Assembly (NCBI GenBank): GCA_963667705.1
Contig: OY763937.1
Coordinates: 703,069 to 767,068, forward strand
Direction: 5' to 3'
Source of the DNA: Alphaproteobacteria bacterium
GTDB lineage: Bacteria; Pseudomonadota; Alphaproteobacteria; UBA828
DNA: 64,000 nucleotides
The number at the start of each line of letters is the position of its first letter. The first letter of the stretch is position 1. Below the pieces are notes generated by a model. It saw nothing but the letters and a program-made list of their open reading frames with translations. It did no database searches and was not told the DNA's origin. Below are positions 56,824 to 64,000 of the stretch, in pieces. Made by a program: the position numbers and the translations under genes.

Positions 56824-56887
56824 CGGCCGGGACTTTTCCGGCCCCGCGATTGGCAGCGCGGGGTGGGCACCTTACATTCCAGGCAGC

Positions 56888-57547
56888 ATGCCGACGATGA
56901 CCCGTTTCGCCGCCTTCCTCTGCCTCGGCGCGATGCTCGGCCTCTGGCTCGCCCAGGCCGCGCCGGCGGCGGCGCAGGAGGAGGCCGCCGCGGCGACAGG
57001 GCGGAGCCCGGCGGAGGCGGTGGCCGCGGTCGAGGACTACTTCAACGCGATCGGCTCGCTCCGGGCGGACTTCACCCAGACGGGGCCGGAGGGCGGCCTT
57101 TCCGAAGGCGTCATCCACCTGCGCCGGCCGGGGCGGCTCAGGGTCGAGTACGCGCCGCCGGTGCCCGTGCTGATCGTCGGCGACGGCGTGCTCATCCACT
57201 ACCACGACACCGAGCTCGGCCAGATCAACGACTGGTTCATCTACGACACCCCGCTCGGCGCGCTCACCAGGGAGGAGGTGCGCTTCGGCGAGGACCTGGT
57301 CGTGACCGCGATCAAGGACCGCCCCGGGCGCCTCGAGCTCACCCTCGTGCAGAAGAAGGACCCCGGCGCCGGCAGCCTCACCCTGATCTTCGCGACCGCC
57401 CCCCTCGCGCTCCGCCAGTGGCGGGTGATCGACGCCCAGGGCCTCGTCACCACGGTCACCCTGCACGATATCGAGACCAACATCGCGCTCAGGCCCGAGC
57501 TCTTCGTGTTCGACGACCCGCGCGAAAAAGAGCCGAGCCCGCGCTGA
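56888..57547 (+). CDS. lolA: Outer-membrane lipoprotein carrier protein LolA
   Basis: It has a signal peptide and the sequence ADFTQTGPEGGLSEGVIHLRRPGRLRVEYAPP. ftsK-lolA synteny supports the call. Confidence 0.9.
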   Translation: MPTMTRFAAFLCLGAMLGLWLAQAAPAAAQEEAAAATGRSPAEAVAAVEDYFNAIGSLRADFTQTGPEGGLSEGVIHLRRPGRLRVEYAPPVPVLIVGDGVLIHYHDTELGQINDWFIYDTPLGALTREEVRFGEDLVVTAIKDRPGRLELTLVQKKDPGAGSLTLIFATAPLALRQWRVIDAQGLVTTVTLHDIETNIALRPELFVFDDPREKEPSPR

Positions 57548-57610
57548 GCGCCCACCGCCCCATCGCCGCCCGGCCCCCGCCGGCGGGGCCTGACGGGACG
57601 GTCGCCGCCG

Positions 57611-58951
57611 ATGGCTGACTGGGCCTGGCATCGGCGGGTCTGGCGCCTGGCCTGGCCGATGGTGGTCTCCAACCTCTCGATCCCGCTGCTGGGCGCGGTC
57701 GATACGGCGGTGATCGGCCACCTGCCGGAGCCCCACTTCCTCGGCGCGGTCGCGGTCGGCGCGCTCATCTTCAACACCCTCTATTTCGGCTGCAACTTCC
57801 TGCGCATGGGCACCACGGGGCTCACCGCCCAGGCCTTCGGCGCCCGCGACCTCGACGAGACGCGCGCGACGCTCGGCCGGGCGCTGCTGATCGCGGCGGC
57901 GCTCGCGGCGGCGCTTCTCGCGCTGCAGGGGCCCATCGGGCGGCTCGCCTTCTACCTGGTCGAGCCGAGCGCGGCGGTCGAGGCCGAGGGCACGCGCTAC
58001 TTCTTCATCCGCATCTGGGGGGCGCCGGGCGCGCTCGCCGGGGTCGCGCTGGTGGGCTGGTTCATCGGGATGCAGAACACCCGCGCCGCGCTCGCCCTGC
58101 TGCTCACGGTCAACGGCATCAACATCGTGCTCGACCTGGTGCTGGTGCTGGGCTTCGAGCTGGGAGTCGCCGGCGCCGCCTGGGCCACCGTGGCGGCGGA
58201 TTACGCCGGGCTCCTGCTGGGCAGCGTCGTCGCCGCCCGGCTCGCGCGGCGCCACGGCGGCCGCTGGCGCCCGCGTCGTGTCCTCGATGCCGCCGCCATG
58301 CGGCGCTTCCTCGGCATCAACCGCGATATCTTCCTGCGCACGCTCTTCGTGATCACCGCGTTCGCGCTGTTCACGACGCTGAGCGCGCGCCAGGGCGACG
58401 TGGTGCTGGCCGCGAACGCGGTGCTGCTCAACTTCGTGATCTTCTTCAACTTCGCCTTCGACGGCTTCGCCTTCGCCGCCGAGGCGCTCACCGGCCGCGC
58501 GCTCGGCGCTCGCCGCCGCGACGATCTCGACCGCGCCATCCGCGCCTGCCTGCTCTGGTGCCTCGCGCTGGCGCTGCTCACGGTCGCGGTCTACGGCCTC
58601 GCCGGCGCGCCCATCGTCCGCGTGCTCACCGACCTCGAGGCGGTGCGCGCCGTCGCCTACGACTTCCTCCCCTGGCTGATCGCGCTGCCGCTGGTGGCGG
58701 TCTGGGGCATCTTCCTCGATGGCGTCTTCACCGGTACCACGCGCACCGCCGACATGCGCAACACGATGCTGCTGGCCTTCGTCGTCTACGCGCCCTGCGC
58801 CTGGCTGCTGCGCGAGCCGATGGGGAATCACGGTCTGTGGCTCGCGATGACGCTGCTCTATGCGGTACGCGGCGCCGGCCTCGGCATCGTCTACCTGCGG
58901 ATTCAGGCGCGTGGCGGCTTCTTGCCCGCGACCGGGCGCCGTGATAGCTGA
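57611..58951 (+). CDS. MATE-family efflux transporter (DinF-like)
   Basis: 446 aa with 12 TM segments. The N-terminus is WRLAWPMVVSNLSIPLLGAVDTAVIGHL. Confidence 0.9.
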   Translation: MADWAWHRRVWRLAWPMVVSNLSIPLLGAVDTAVIGHLPEPHFLGAVAVGALIFNTLYFGCNFLRMGTTGLTAQAFGARDLDETRATLGRALLIAAALAAALLALQGPIGRLAFYLVEPSAAVEAEGTRYFFIRIWGAPGALAGVALVGWFIGMQNTRAALALLLTVNGINIVLDLVLVLGFELGVAGAAWATVAADYAGLLLGSVVAARLARRHGGRWRPRRVLDAAAMRRFLGINRDIFLRTLFVITAFALFTTLSARQGDVVLAANAVLLNFVIFFNFAFDGFAFAAEALTGRALGARRRDDLDRAIRACLLWCLALALLTVAVYGLAGAPIVRVLTDLEAVRAVAYDFLPWLIALPLVAVWGIFLDGVFTGTTRTADMRNTMLLAFVVYAPCAWLLREPMGNHGLWLAMTLLYAVRGAGLGIVYLRIQARGGFLPATGRRDS

Positions 58952-58957
58952 ACGGCC

Positions 58958-59722
58958 ATGACCGCGCCGCCGGCACCCCTGGTCGGCCTGCCCGCGTGTG
59001 CGCGGGAGATCGGCATCCACCCCTTCCACATCGTCGGCGACAAGTACATGCGGGCGGTGGCCGATGCCGCAGGCTGCCTGCCTGCGGCGGTGCCCGCCTT
59101 CGGCGGCGCGCTGGACCTGGCAGGCGTGCTCGAGCGCTTCGACGGGCTGCTCTTCACCGGCAGCCCCTCCAACGTCGAGCCGGCGCGCTACGACGGCCCG
59201 CCGAGCGAGGACGGCACCCTCCACGACCCCGAGCGCGACGCGACCACACTGCCGCTGATCCGCGCCGCCATCGAGGCGGGCGTGCCCATCCTCTGCATCT
59301 GCCGCGGCTTTCAGGAGCTCAACGTGGCGCTCGGCGGCAGTCTGCACCAGCAGGTCCACCTGGTGGGCGGCCTGCTGGACCACCGCTCCGACCAGAGCCT
59401 GCCGCGCGACGTGCAGTACAGGCCCGTCCACGACATCTCGCTCGCCGCCGGCGGGCTGCTCGCCTCGCTCTGGCCGGCGCCCGAGGTCGCGGTCAACTCG
59501 CTGCACGGCCAGGGGATCGAGCGGCTCGCGCCGCCGCTGGAGGTCGAGGCCGTGGCGCCCGACGGCCTGATCGAGGCGGTGCGCGTGCCCGATGCGCCGG
59601 CGCTTGCGCTGGGCGTCCAGTGGCACCCCGAGTGGAAGGTCACGGAGGACCCCTTCTCGATGGCGATCTTCGGCGCCTTCGGCGACGCGGTGCGGGCCCG
59701 CGCCGCGTCCCGTGCGGGCTAG
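58958..59722 (+). CDS. Class I glutamine amidotransferase-like gamma-glutamyl-GABA hydrolase (peptidase C26, PuuD-like)
   Basis: GICRGFQELNVALGGSL carries the catalytic Cys, and GVQWHPE carries the catalytic His. Confidence 0.85.
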   Translation: MTAPPAPLVGLPACAREIGIHPFHIVGDKYMRAVADAAGCLPAAVPAFGGALDLAGVLERFDGLLFTGSPSNVEPARYDGPPSEDGTLHDPERDATTLPLIRAAIEAGVPILCICRGFQELNVALGGSLHQQVHLVGGLLDHRSDQSLPRDVQYRPVHDISLAAGGLLASLWPAPEVAVNSLHGQGIERLAPPLEVEAVAPDGLIEAVRVPDAPALALGVQWHPEWKVTEDPFSMAIFGAFGDAVRARAASRAG

Positions 59723-60459
59723 TGGATCTCCTTCGCCTCGGCCATCACCCGCGCCATCACCTCGGCCGAGAAGCCCGGCTCCTTGCAGGCCGCGAGGATC
59801 GGGGCCTCGCGGCGCATGCACAGCTCGGCCGCCGCCGGCACCTCGCGCGCGGCCTCGTGCGGGATGACGACCGCGCCGTGGCGGTCCGCATGCACGAGGT
59901 CGCCGGAGTGCGTCAGCATGCCGCAGACGTTCACCGCCTCGCCGTGGCTCACCAGGTGAACCCAGGCGTGCGAGGGCACCACCGTGCCGGAGAGGAACTG
60001 GAAGCCGTCGGCGACCATGTCGAGGTCGCGCACCGCGCCGTTGGTGACCACGCCGAGGCAGCCGAGCGCCTGGTGCACGGCTGAGTGCACCTCGCCCCAC
60101 CAGGAGGCCGCGCCGGGGCGGGAATCGACGTCCTGGATCACCATGACCGAGGGCCCGGCGCCTGCCTCCACGTAGCGGTAGTAGGCCACGCGGTCGGCGG
60201 CCATCTCGTCGGCGTCCTTCGCCGGCTTCTCCATCGCGCGGATCGTCGCGGTGCGCGCGTAGCCCACCATCGGCTTGAGCGCGGGGAAGGAGCAGATCAG
60301 CGTCTCGGTCGTGAAGCCCAGCGCCCGGCGCTCGGGGCAGACGATCTCCAGCGCGTTGCAGATGGTCGGCGTGTCGTAGCGGCCGAGCGCCGCCAATTCG
60401 GCCTCGTCGAGGGGTCTCTCGGTCACCGGCGGTCCTCCCTGTTGCTGGCGCGGGATCAT
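59719..60459 (-). CDS. RraA-family protein (putative aldolase/decarboxylase)
   Basis: LGRYDTPTICNALE and WGEVHSAVHQALGCLGVVTNGAVRD are typical RraA-fold motifs. ATG 60459 was chosen. Confidence 0.75.
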   Translation of the reverse strand: MIPRQQQGGPPVTERPLDEAELAALGRYDTPTICNALEIVCPERRALGFTTETLICSFPALKPMVGYARTATIRAMEKPAKDADEMAADRVAYYRYVEAGAGPSVMVIQDVDSRPGAASWWGEVHSAVHQALGCLGVVTNGAVRDLDMVADGFQFLSGTVVPSHAWVHLVSHGEAVNVCGMLTHSGDLVHADRHGAVVIPHEAAREVPAAAELCMRREAPILAACKEPGFSAEVMARVMAEAKEIH

Positions 60460-60538
60460 TGCCGATGCGGGGGGAGGGGCGCAAACGCCAATGCGTGGCG
60501 TGGCCGCCGCCTCCACGGCGCGCGCGCCGCCGGCTGAG

Positions 60539-61699
60539 ATGCGCATCGCCCTCTACGCTCCTTCCGACCGTGCGGGTCCTGCCACGCCGCGCGGCGGGCG
60601 GCACATGCTGGGTCTGGTCGCGCGGGCGCTGGAGGTCGCCGGTCACCAGGCGTTCCTGCCCTCCGACTTCCGCAGCGACGAAGACGCAGGCGACCGGCGG
60701 CGGCAGGGCGCGCTGGAGCGCAAGGGCGCCAGGAGCGCCGTCCGCCTGGTCAGGACCTACCGCGACCTGCCGACCACCGCGCGGCCCGAGGCATGGCTCA
60801 CCTGCGGCGTCGGCCACACGGCGCCGGACCTGATCGGCCCGGCGGTGGCCGAGGCGCTCGGCATCCCCTATCTGCTGGTTGGCGTGTCGTACGAGCGGGC
60901 GGCGGCCCACGGCGCCCACGCGGGCTGGCTCACCCTCACGGGCCGCGCCATCGCGCATGCGGGCGCGGTGCTCTCGCTCACGGCCGAGGACGAGGAGGGC
61001 GCGAGGCCGCTCGTGGCACACCCCGCCCGGCTGCACAGGCTGGCGCCCTTCCTCGACCCGGCGCCCTACGCCGCGACCGAGCGCGACACGGCCCGCCGCG
61101 CCCTCGCGGCGGAGCTTCCGCTCGACCCCGCCCGCCCGTGGCTGCTGGCGGCAGGCCCCATGGTTCCCGGCCCGGCCCTGGCCTCGTGGCGGGTGCTCGG
61201 CCGCGCGCTCGGCCTGATCGCCGACCCGCCCTGGCAGCTCGTCGCGGTGGGCGACGGCGCGGCCCGCGCGCTGGTGGCCGAGGTGCTGGCCCCCCTCGGC
61301 CCCGGCCGGGCCGTCCTCGCCGGCGCTCGGGCGGAGCAGGCCCTGCCTGCGGTCTACGCGGCGTGCGACATCCACGTCTGGCCCGCCTACGACGAGACCC
61401 TGTGCTGGGCCGTGCTGGAGGCGCAGGCGGCGGGCCTGCCGGTGGTGGCCGGCGACTGGCCCGGCGCCTGCGCCATCGTCGCCCACGGCGAGACCGGGAT
61501 CGTCGCGCCCCGCCACGACGACGTGGCCTTCGCCGGCGCGGTGGTCGAGCTCGCGGCGAACGAGACGGAGAGGCGGGCCATGGGCGCGCGCGCCGCAGCC
61601 CGGGTGCGGGAGCGGCACGGGCTCGAGAGCGCCGCCGCCACGCTCGACAGCGCGTTCCATGCCGCGCTGGCCGAGGCCGGGAGGAGAGAGCCAGGCTAG
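60539..61699 (+). CDS. Glycosyltransferase (GT4-like)
   Basis: MRIALYAP is at the N-terminus, and a C-terminal E-x7-E-like region reads ETLCWAVLEAQAAGLPVVAGDWPGACAIV. ATG 60539 was chosen. Confidence 0.7.
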   Translation: MRIALYAPSDRAGPATPRGGRHMLGLVARALEVAGHQAFLPSDFRSDEDAGDRRRQGALERKGARSAVRLVRTYRDLPTTARPEAWLTCGVGHTAPDLIGPAVAEALGIPYLLVGVSYERAAAHGAHAGWLTLTGRAIAHAGAVLSLTAEDEEGARPLVAHPARLHRLAPFLDPAPYAATERDTARRALAAELPLDPARPWLLAAGPMVPGPALASWRVLGRALGLIADPPWQLVAVGDGAARALVAEVLAPLGPGRAVLAGARAEQALPAVYAACDIHVWPAYDETLCWAVLEAQAAGLPVVAGDWPGACAIVAHGETGIVAPRHDDVAFAGAVVELAANETERRAMGARAAARVRERHGLESAAATLDSAFHAALAEAGRREPG

Positions 61700-62976
61700 G
61701 GCTCGGGATAGGCGTCGAAGGCGATGCCGATGCGCTCGCCCGGCCCCTGGAAGGGCAGGGTCCCGTGGAAGACGTAGGAGGGGAAGAGCAGCGCCGTGCC
61801 GGCCCTCGGCGGCCGGCTGGTGCAGCGGAAGGCGCTGCCCTCGGGCAGGTCGTGGTCGGGCCGGCCGAACTCGAGCCAGCCGCCGCGCCCGGTTGCATCG
61901 GCACCGTCCCCGGCGACCTGCGCCGGCACGGCGACGTAGTAGACCCCGCTCAGCCAGGCGCCCTCGTGGACGTGGGGCGGGTGGCGGCCGCCGGCCTTCA
62001 GGATCGAGGCGATGAAGGTGAGCCGGTAGCGGCGCGGAATGCGGGCGAGGAAGGGGCTCTCCGGCTCGGGCGCCAGCGTCTCCCGGTAGCCGTCGATGGC
62101 GGCGCGCAGGGCGCGCTCCATGGCGCGAATGGGCCGGCTCGGCGCGGCCAGCAGATCCTGGGTCACCGCGCCGTTGCGGGTCACGCGGTTGGGCGGCTCC
62201 CAGACGAGGGAGGGCGCCTCGCGCACCGCCCTCGCCAGCGCCTCGTTGAAGGCCTCGATGTCGCCGCTTCCCGGAGGCGGTGCCAGGGCGAGGCGGGTGA
62301 CGAAGCGGTCGAAGTCGTAGAGCCGCTCCCCGCGCTCGCGGTCGCCGCCGATCTGCTCGGCGAGCGCCCTGGTGGCCAGCGCGTTCTGGCAGAAGGGATC
62401 GATGTCGAGCGCGGCGCGGCAGGCCTCGAGGGCGCTGTCGGCCGCCCCGAGGGCGAGATGCGCCCGCGCCAGCCGGTGATGCGGCTGCACGTCGCGCGCA
62501 TCGAGGGCGATGGCCCTGCGGTAGGCCGCTGCGGCGTCCGCCCATTCGGCCGCGGCGCTCAGGGCATTGCCGAGGTTGGTGTGGGCGTTGGCGTAGTCGG
62601 GCCGGAGCGAGACGGCGCGGCCGAGCGCCTCGCGGGCCTCGTCGGTGCGCCCGGTCTCCAGCAGCAGGAGGCCGAGGCTGTTGTGCGCCTCCGCGTAGGC
62701 GGGCGCCGCCTCGGTCGCCTGGCGCAGCAGCGCCGCGGCCTCGTCGAAGCGGCTGCAGCGGTAGCGGGCGACGCCGGCGAAGTGCAGCACGCTCGGGTCC
62801 CCCGCACCGTCGCCGGCCAGCAGCCGGGAGAGGAGCTGGTCCGCGCGCTGCGGCCGGCCTTCCTGCATGTGGCGCACGGCCTTGGCGAGGACGCCCGCCG
62901 GGGCGGCGGCCTGCCCCCTGCCGCGGGCTGCGGCCGCGCCTGCCGCCGAATGGCGTCGTCTCTCCCGCCGGTTCAT
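61696..62976 (-). CDS. TPR-repeat protein fused to a C-terminal 2OG-Fe(II) oxygenase-like domain
   Basis: The N-terminal half has TPR units (AEAHNSLGLLLLETGRTDEAREALGRAVSLRPDYANAHTNLGNAL). The C-terminal half has HPPHVHEGAWLSGVYYV...LLFPSYVFHGT, an H-x-H ... H jelly-roll pattern. Confidence 0.7.
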   Translation of the reverse strand: MNRRERRRHSAAGAAAARGRGQAAAPAGVLAKAVRHMQEGRPQRADQLLSRLLAGDGAGDPSVLHFAGVARYRCSRFDEAAALLRQATEAAPAYAEAHNSLGLLLLETGRTDEAREALGRAVSLRPDYANAHTNLGNALSAAAEWADAAAAYRRAIALDARDVQPHHRLARAHLALGAADSALEACRAALDIDPFCQNALATRALAEQIGGDRERGERLYDFDRFVTRLALAPPPGSGDIEAFNEALARAVREAPSLVWEPPNRVTRNGAVTQDLLAAPSRPIRAMERALRAAIDGYRETLAPEPESPFLARIPRRYRLTFIASILKAGGRHPPHVHEGAWLSGVYYVAVPAQVAGDGADATGRGGWLEFGRPDHDLPEGSAFRCTSRPPRAGTALLFPSYVFHGTLPFQGPGERIGIAFDAYPEP

Positions 62977-63064
62977 GGTGCGCGCTGCGGCGTCCGGGTG
63001 GTGAGTCGCGCCCCGGTCGGCGCGGCCCCGGCCCGCCCCGGCCGGGGCCCGGGCGCGGCGGTGC

Positions 63065-63196
63065 TCAGCGGGCCGTCAGGCCGACGTTGATCATCGGCGT
63101 CTCGAGGGCCGAGCCGAGAATGATCATCAGCGCCAGGAAGACCCAGAACACGTTGTCGGCGCAGAGCTGAAGGGTGCGCTTGATCTTGGGATTCAT
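63065..63196 (-). CDS. Possible 43-aa small membrane protein
   Basis: The ATG at 63196 is preceded by GGGAG at 8-nt spacing. The translation is MNPKIKRTLQLCADNVFWVFLALMIILGSALETPMINVGLTAR, with one TM helix. The upstream part of the 101-aa track ORF looks non-coding. Confidence 0.3.
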   Translation of the reverse strand: MNPKIKRTLQLCADNVFWVFLALMIILGSALETPMINVGLTAR

Positions 63197-63498
63197 CGCC
63201 GTCGCTCCCGCTGTCGCCGTGCTCGCCGTCGCCGCCGTCGGCCGGCACCATGATTCCAAGCGAGCCGGAAGAACGCAACCGAATGCGGACACACGGCCAA
63301 CTGTACGGATTTCGTTGTCCAGCTGTGCGTAATTCGTAATGTTGTCAATGGGTCGCCACTCTGTTGACATTGCCGTTCAACGGGAGAGACTATCTCCGGC
63401 ACGGACGCACTCACGCATGCGGTCGCCGCGGTTGCGACGCGCCGTGTGCCGCCCCTCGGGGGTGCGAGCATTGGATGAAATCAAGGGAGACATCAACC

Positions 63499-64000
63499 AT
63501 GCGCGTTAACCGACGTACCATCCTCAAGGGTGCACTGGCGGGGACGGCCGGCGTCGCGGCTGCGTTCCCCTCCATCTACATCAAGGACTTCGGGCAGGCC
63601 TGGGGCGCGAAGCCCTGGATCTACAGCGACGAGCCCATCAAGGTCGGCCTCCTGTGGTCGCAGACCGGCAACCTGTCGGTGGTCGAGAATGACTCGACCC
63701 AGGTCTCGCTCTTCGCGATCGACGAGATCAACGCGGCGGGCGGCATCGCCGGCAAGCAGGTCGAGCCCGTGGTGGTCGACGCCAAGTCCGACATCAAGGT
63801 CTATTCCGAGAAGATCACGCAGCTGATCCTCCGCGACCGCGTGGTGTCGGTCCACGGCAGCTACACCTCGGCCAGCCGCCGCGCGGTGATGCCGATCGTG
63901 ATGAAGTGGGACCACCTCTACTACTACCCGACCTGCTACGAGGGCCGGGAGTGCATGCAGAACATCATCAACACCGGGCCGCTGGCCAACCAGCACTCCT
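63499..64000 (+). CDS. Periplasmic amide/urea-binding protein (FmdD/AmiC-like, branched-chain-type SBP), 3'-truncated at window edge; absent from the ORF track
   Basis: My own translation from ATG 63499 (RBS AAGGGAGA) gives MRVNRRTILKGALAGTAGVAAAFPS (Tat signal) ...IKVGLLWSQTGNLSVVENDSTQVSLFAIDEINAAGGIAGKQVEPVVVDAKSD...YYYPTCYEGRECMQN. Confidence 0.8.
   Translation, partial: MRVNRRTILKGALAGTAGVAAAFPSIYIKDFGQAWGAKPWIYSDEPIKVGLLWSQTGNLSVVENDSTQVSLFAIDEINAAGGIAGKQVEPVVVDAKSDIKVYSEKITQLILRDRVVSVHGSYTSASRRAVMPIVMKWDHLYYYPTCYEGRECMQNIINTGPLANQHS

Noticed and set aside
63364-63498. Guanidine (ykkC or mini-ykkC) or another known riboswitch in the leader of the FmdD-like gene
   Set aside because: I could not find the conserved ykkC blocks (CTAGGGTTCCG, GGTCCGAGAG, ACACGGCGGGA) or paired ACGR-loop hairpins. 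Only an imperfect generic stem is present.

Overview
Very GC-rich window (not computed; by eye about two-thirds to 70% G+C). Its content and synteny look alphaproteobacterial: yidC-engB-argB, a fused ispDF, tRNA-Tyr/Gly-tuf-tRNA-Trp-secE-nusG-rplKAJL-rpoBC, and ftsK-lolA. Most of it is core housekeeping. I found no CRISPR array, IS/transposase, integrase, prophage, rRNA or recognisable defence system. About 8-31 kb is an accessory-metabolism stretch:
- an atypical urease cluster, ureF / fused ureAB / ureC / CodA-like amidohydrolase, with no ureD/E/G in the window
- a D-aminoacylase
- a class III aminotransferase plus MFS transporter
- a PotABC-like ABC importer with a Tat-signal binding protein
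- an orphan, highly divergent GroEL paralogue
- hyuAB
- several oxidoreductases

The items most worth a second look are:
1. An in-frame insertion of about 70 aa in RpoB.
2. The orphan divergent chaperonin.
3. The accessory-poor urease cluster.
4. A polybasic tail of about 310 aa on YidC.
5. At least three families of short MITE/REP-like repeats. They nest into a roughly 470-bp island between rpoC and ftsK and bracket hyuAB.

Many very long ORFs in the supplied track are antisense or off-frame artefacts of high GC, so gene starts were re-derived by reading the sequence. One real gene at the right edge (FmdD/AmiC-like binding protein, 63499..64000) is missing from the ORF track. I did not find a clear, self-contained novel system; the findings are curiosities with calibrated interest.
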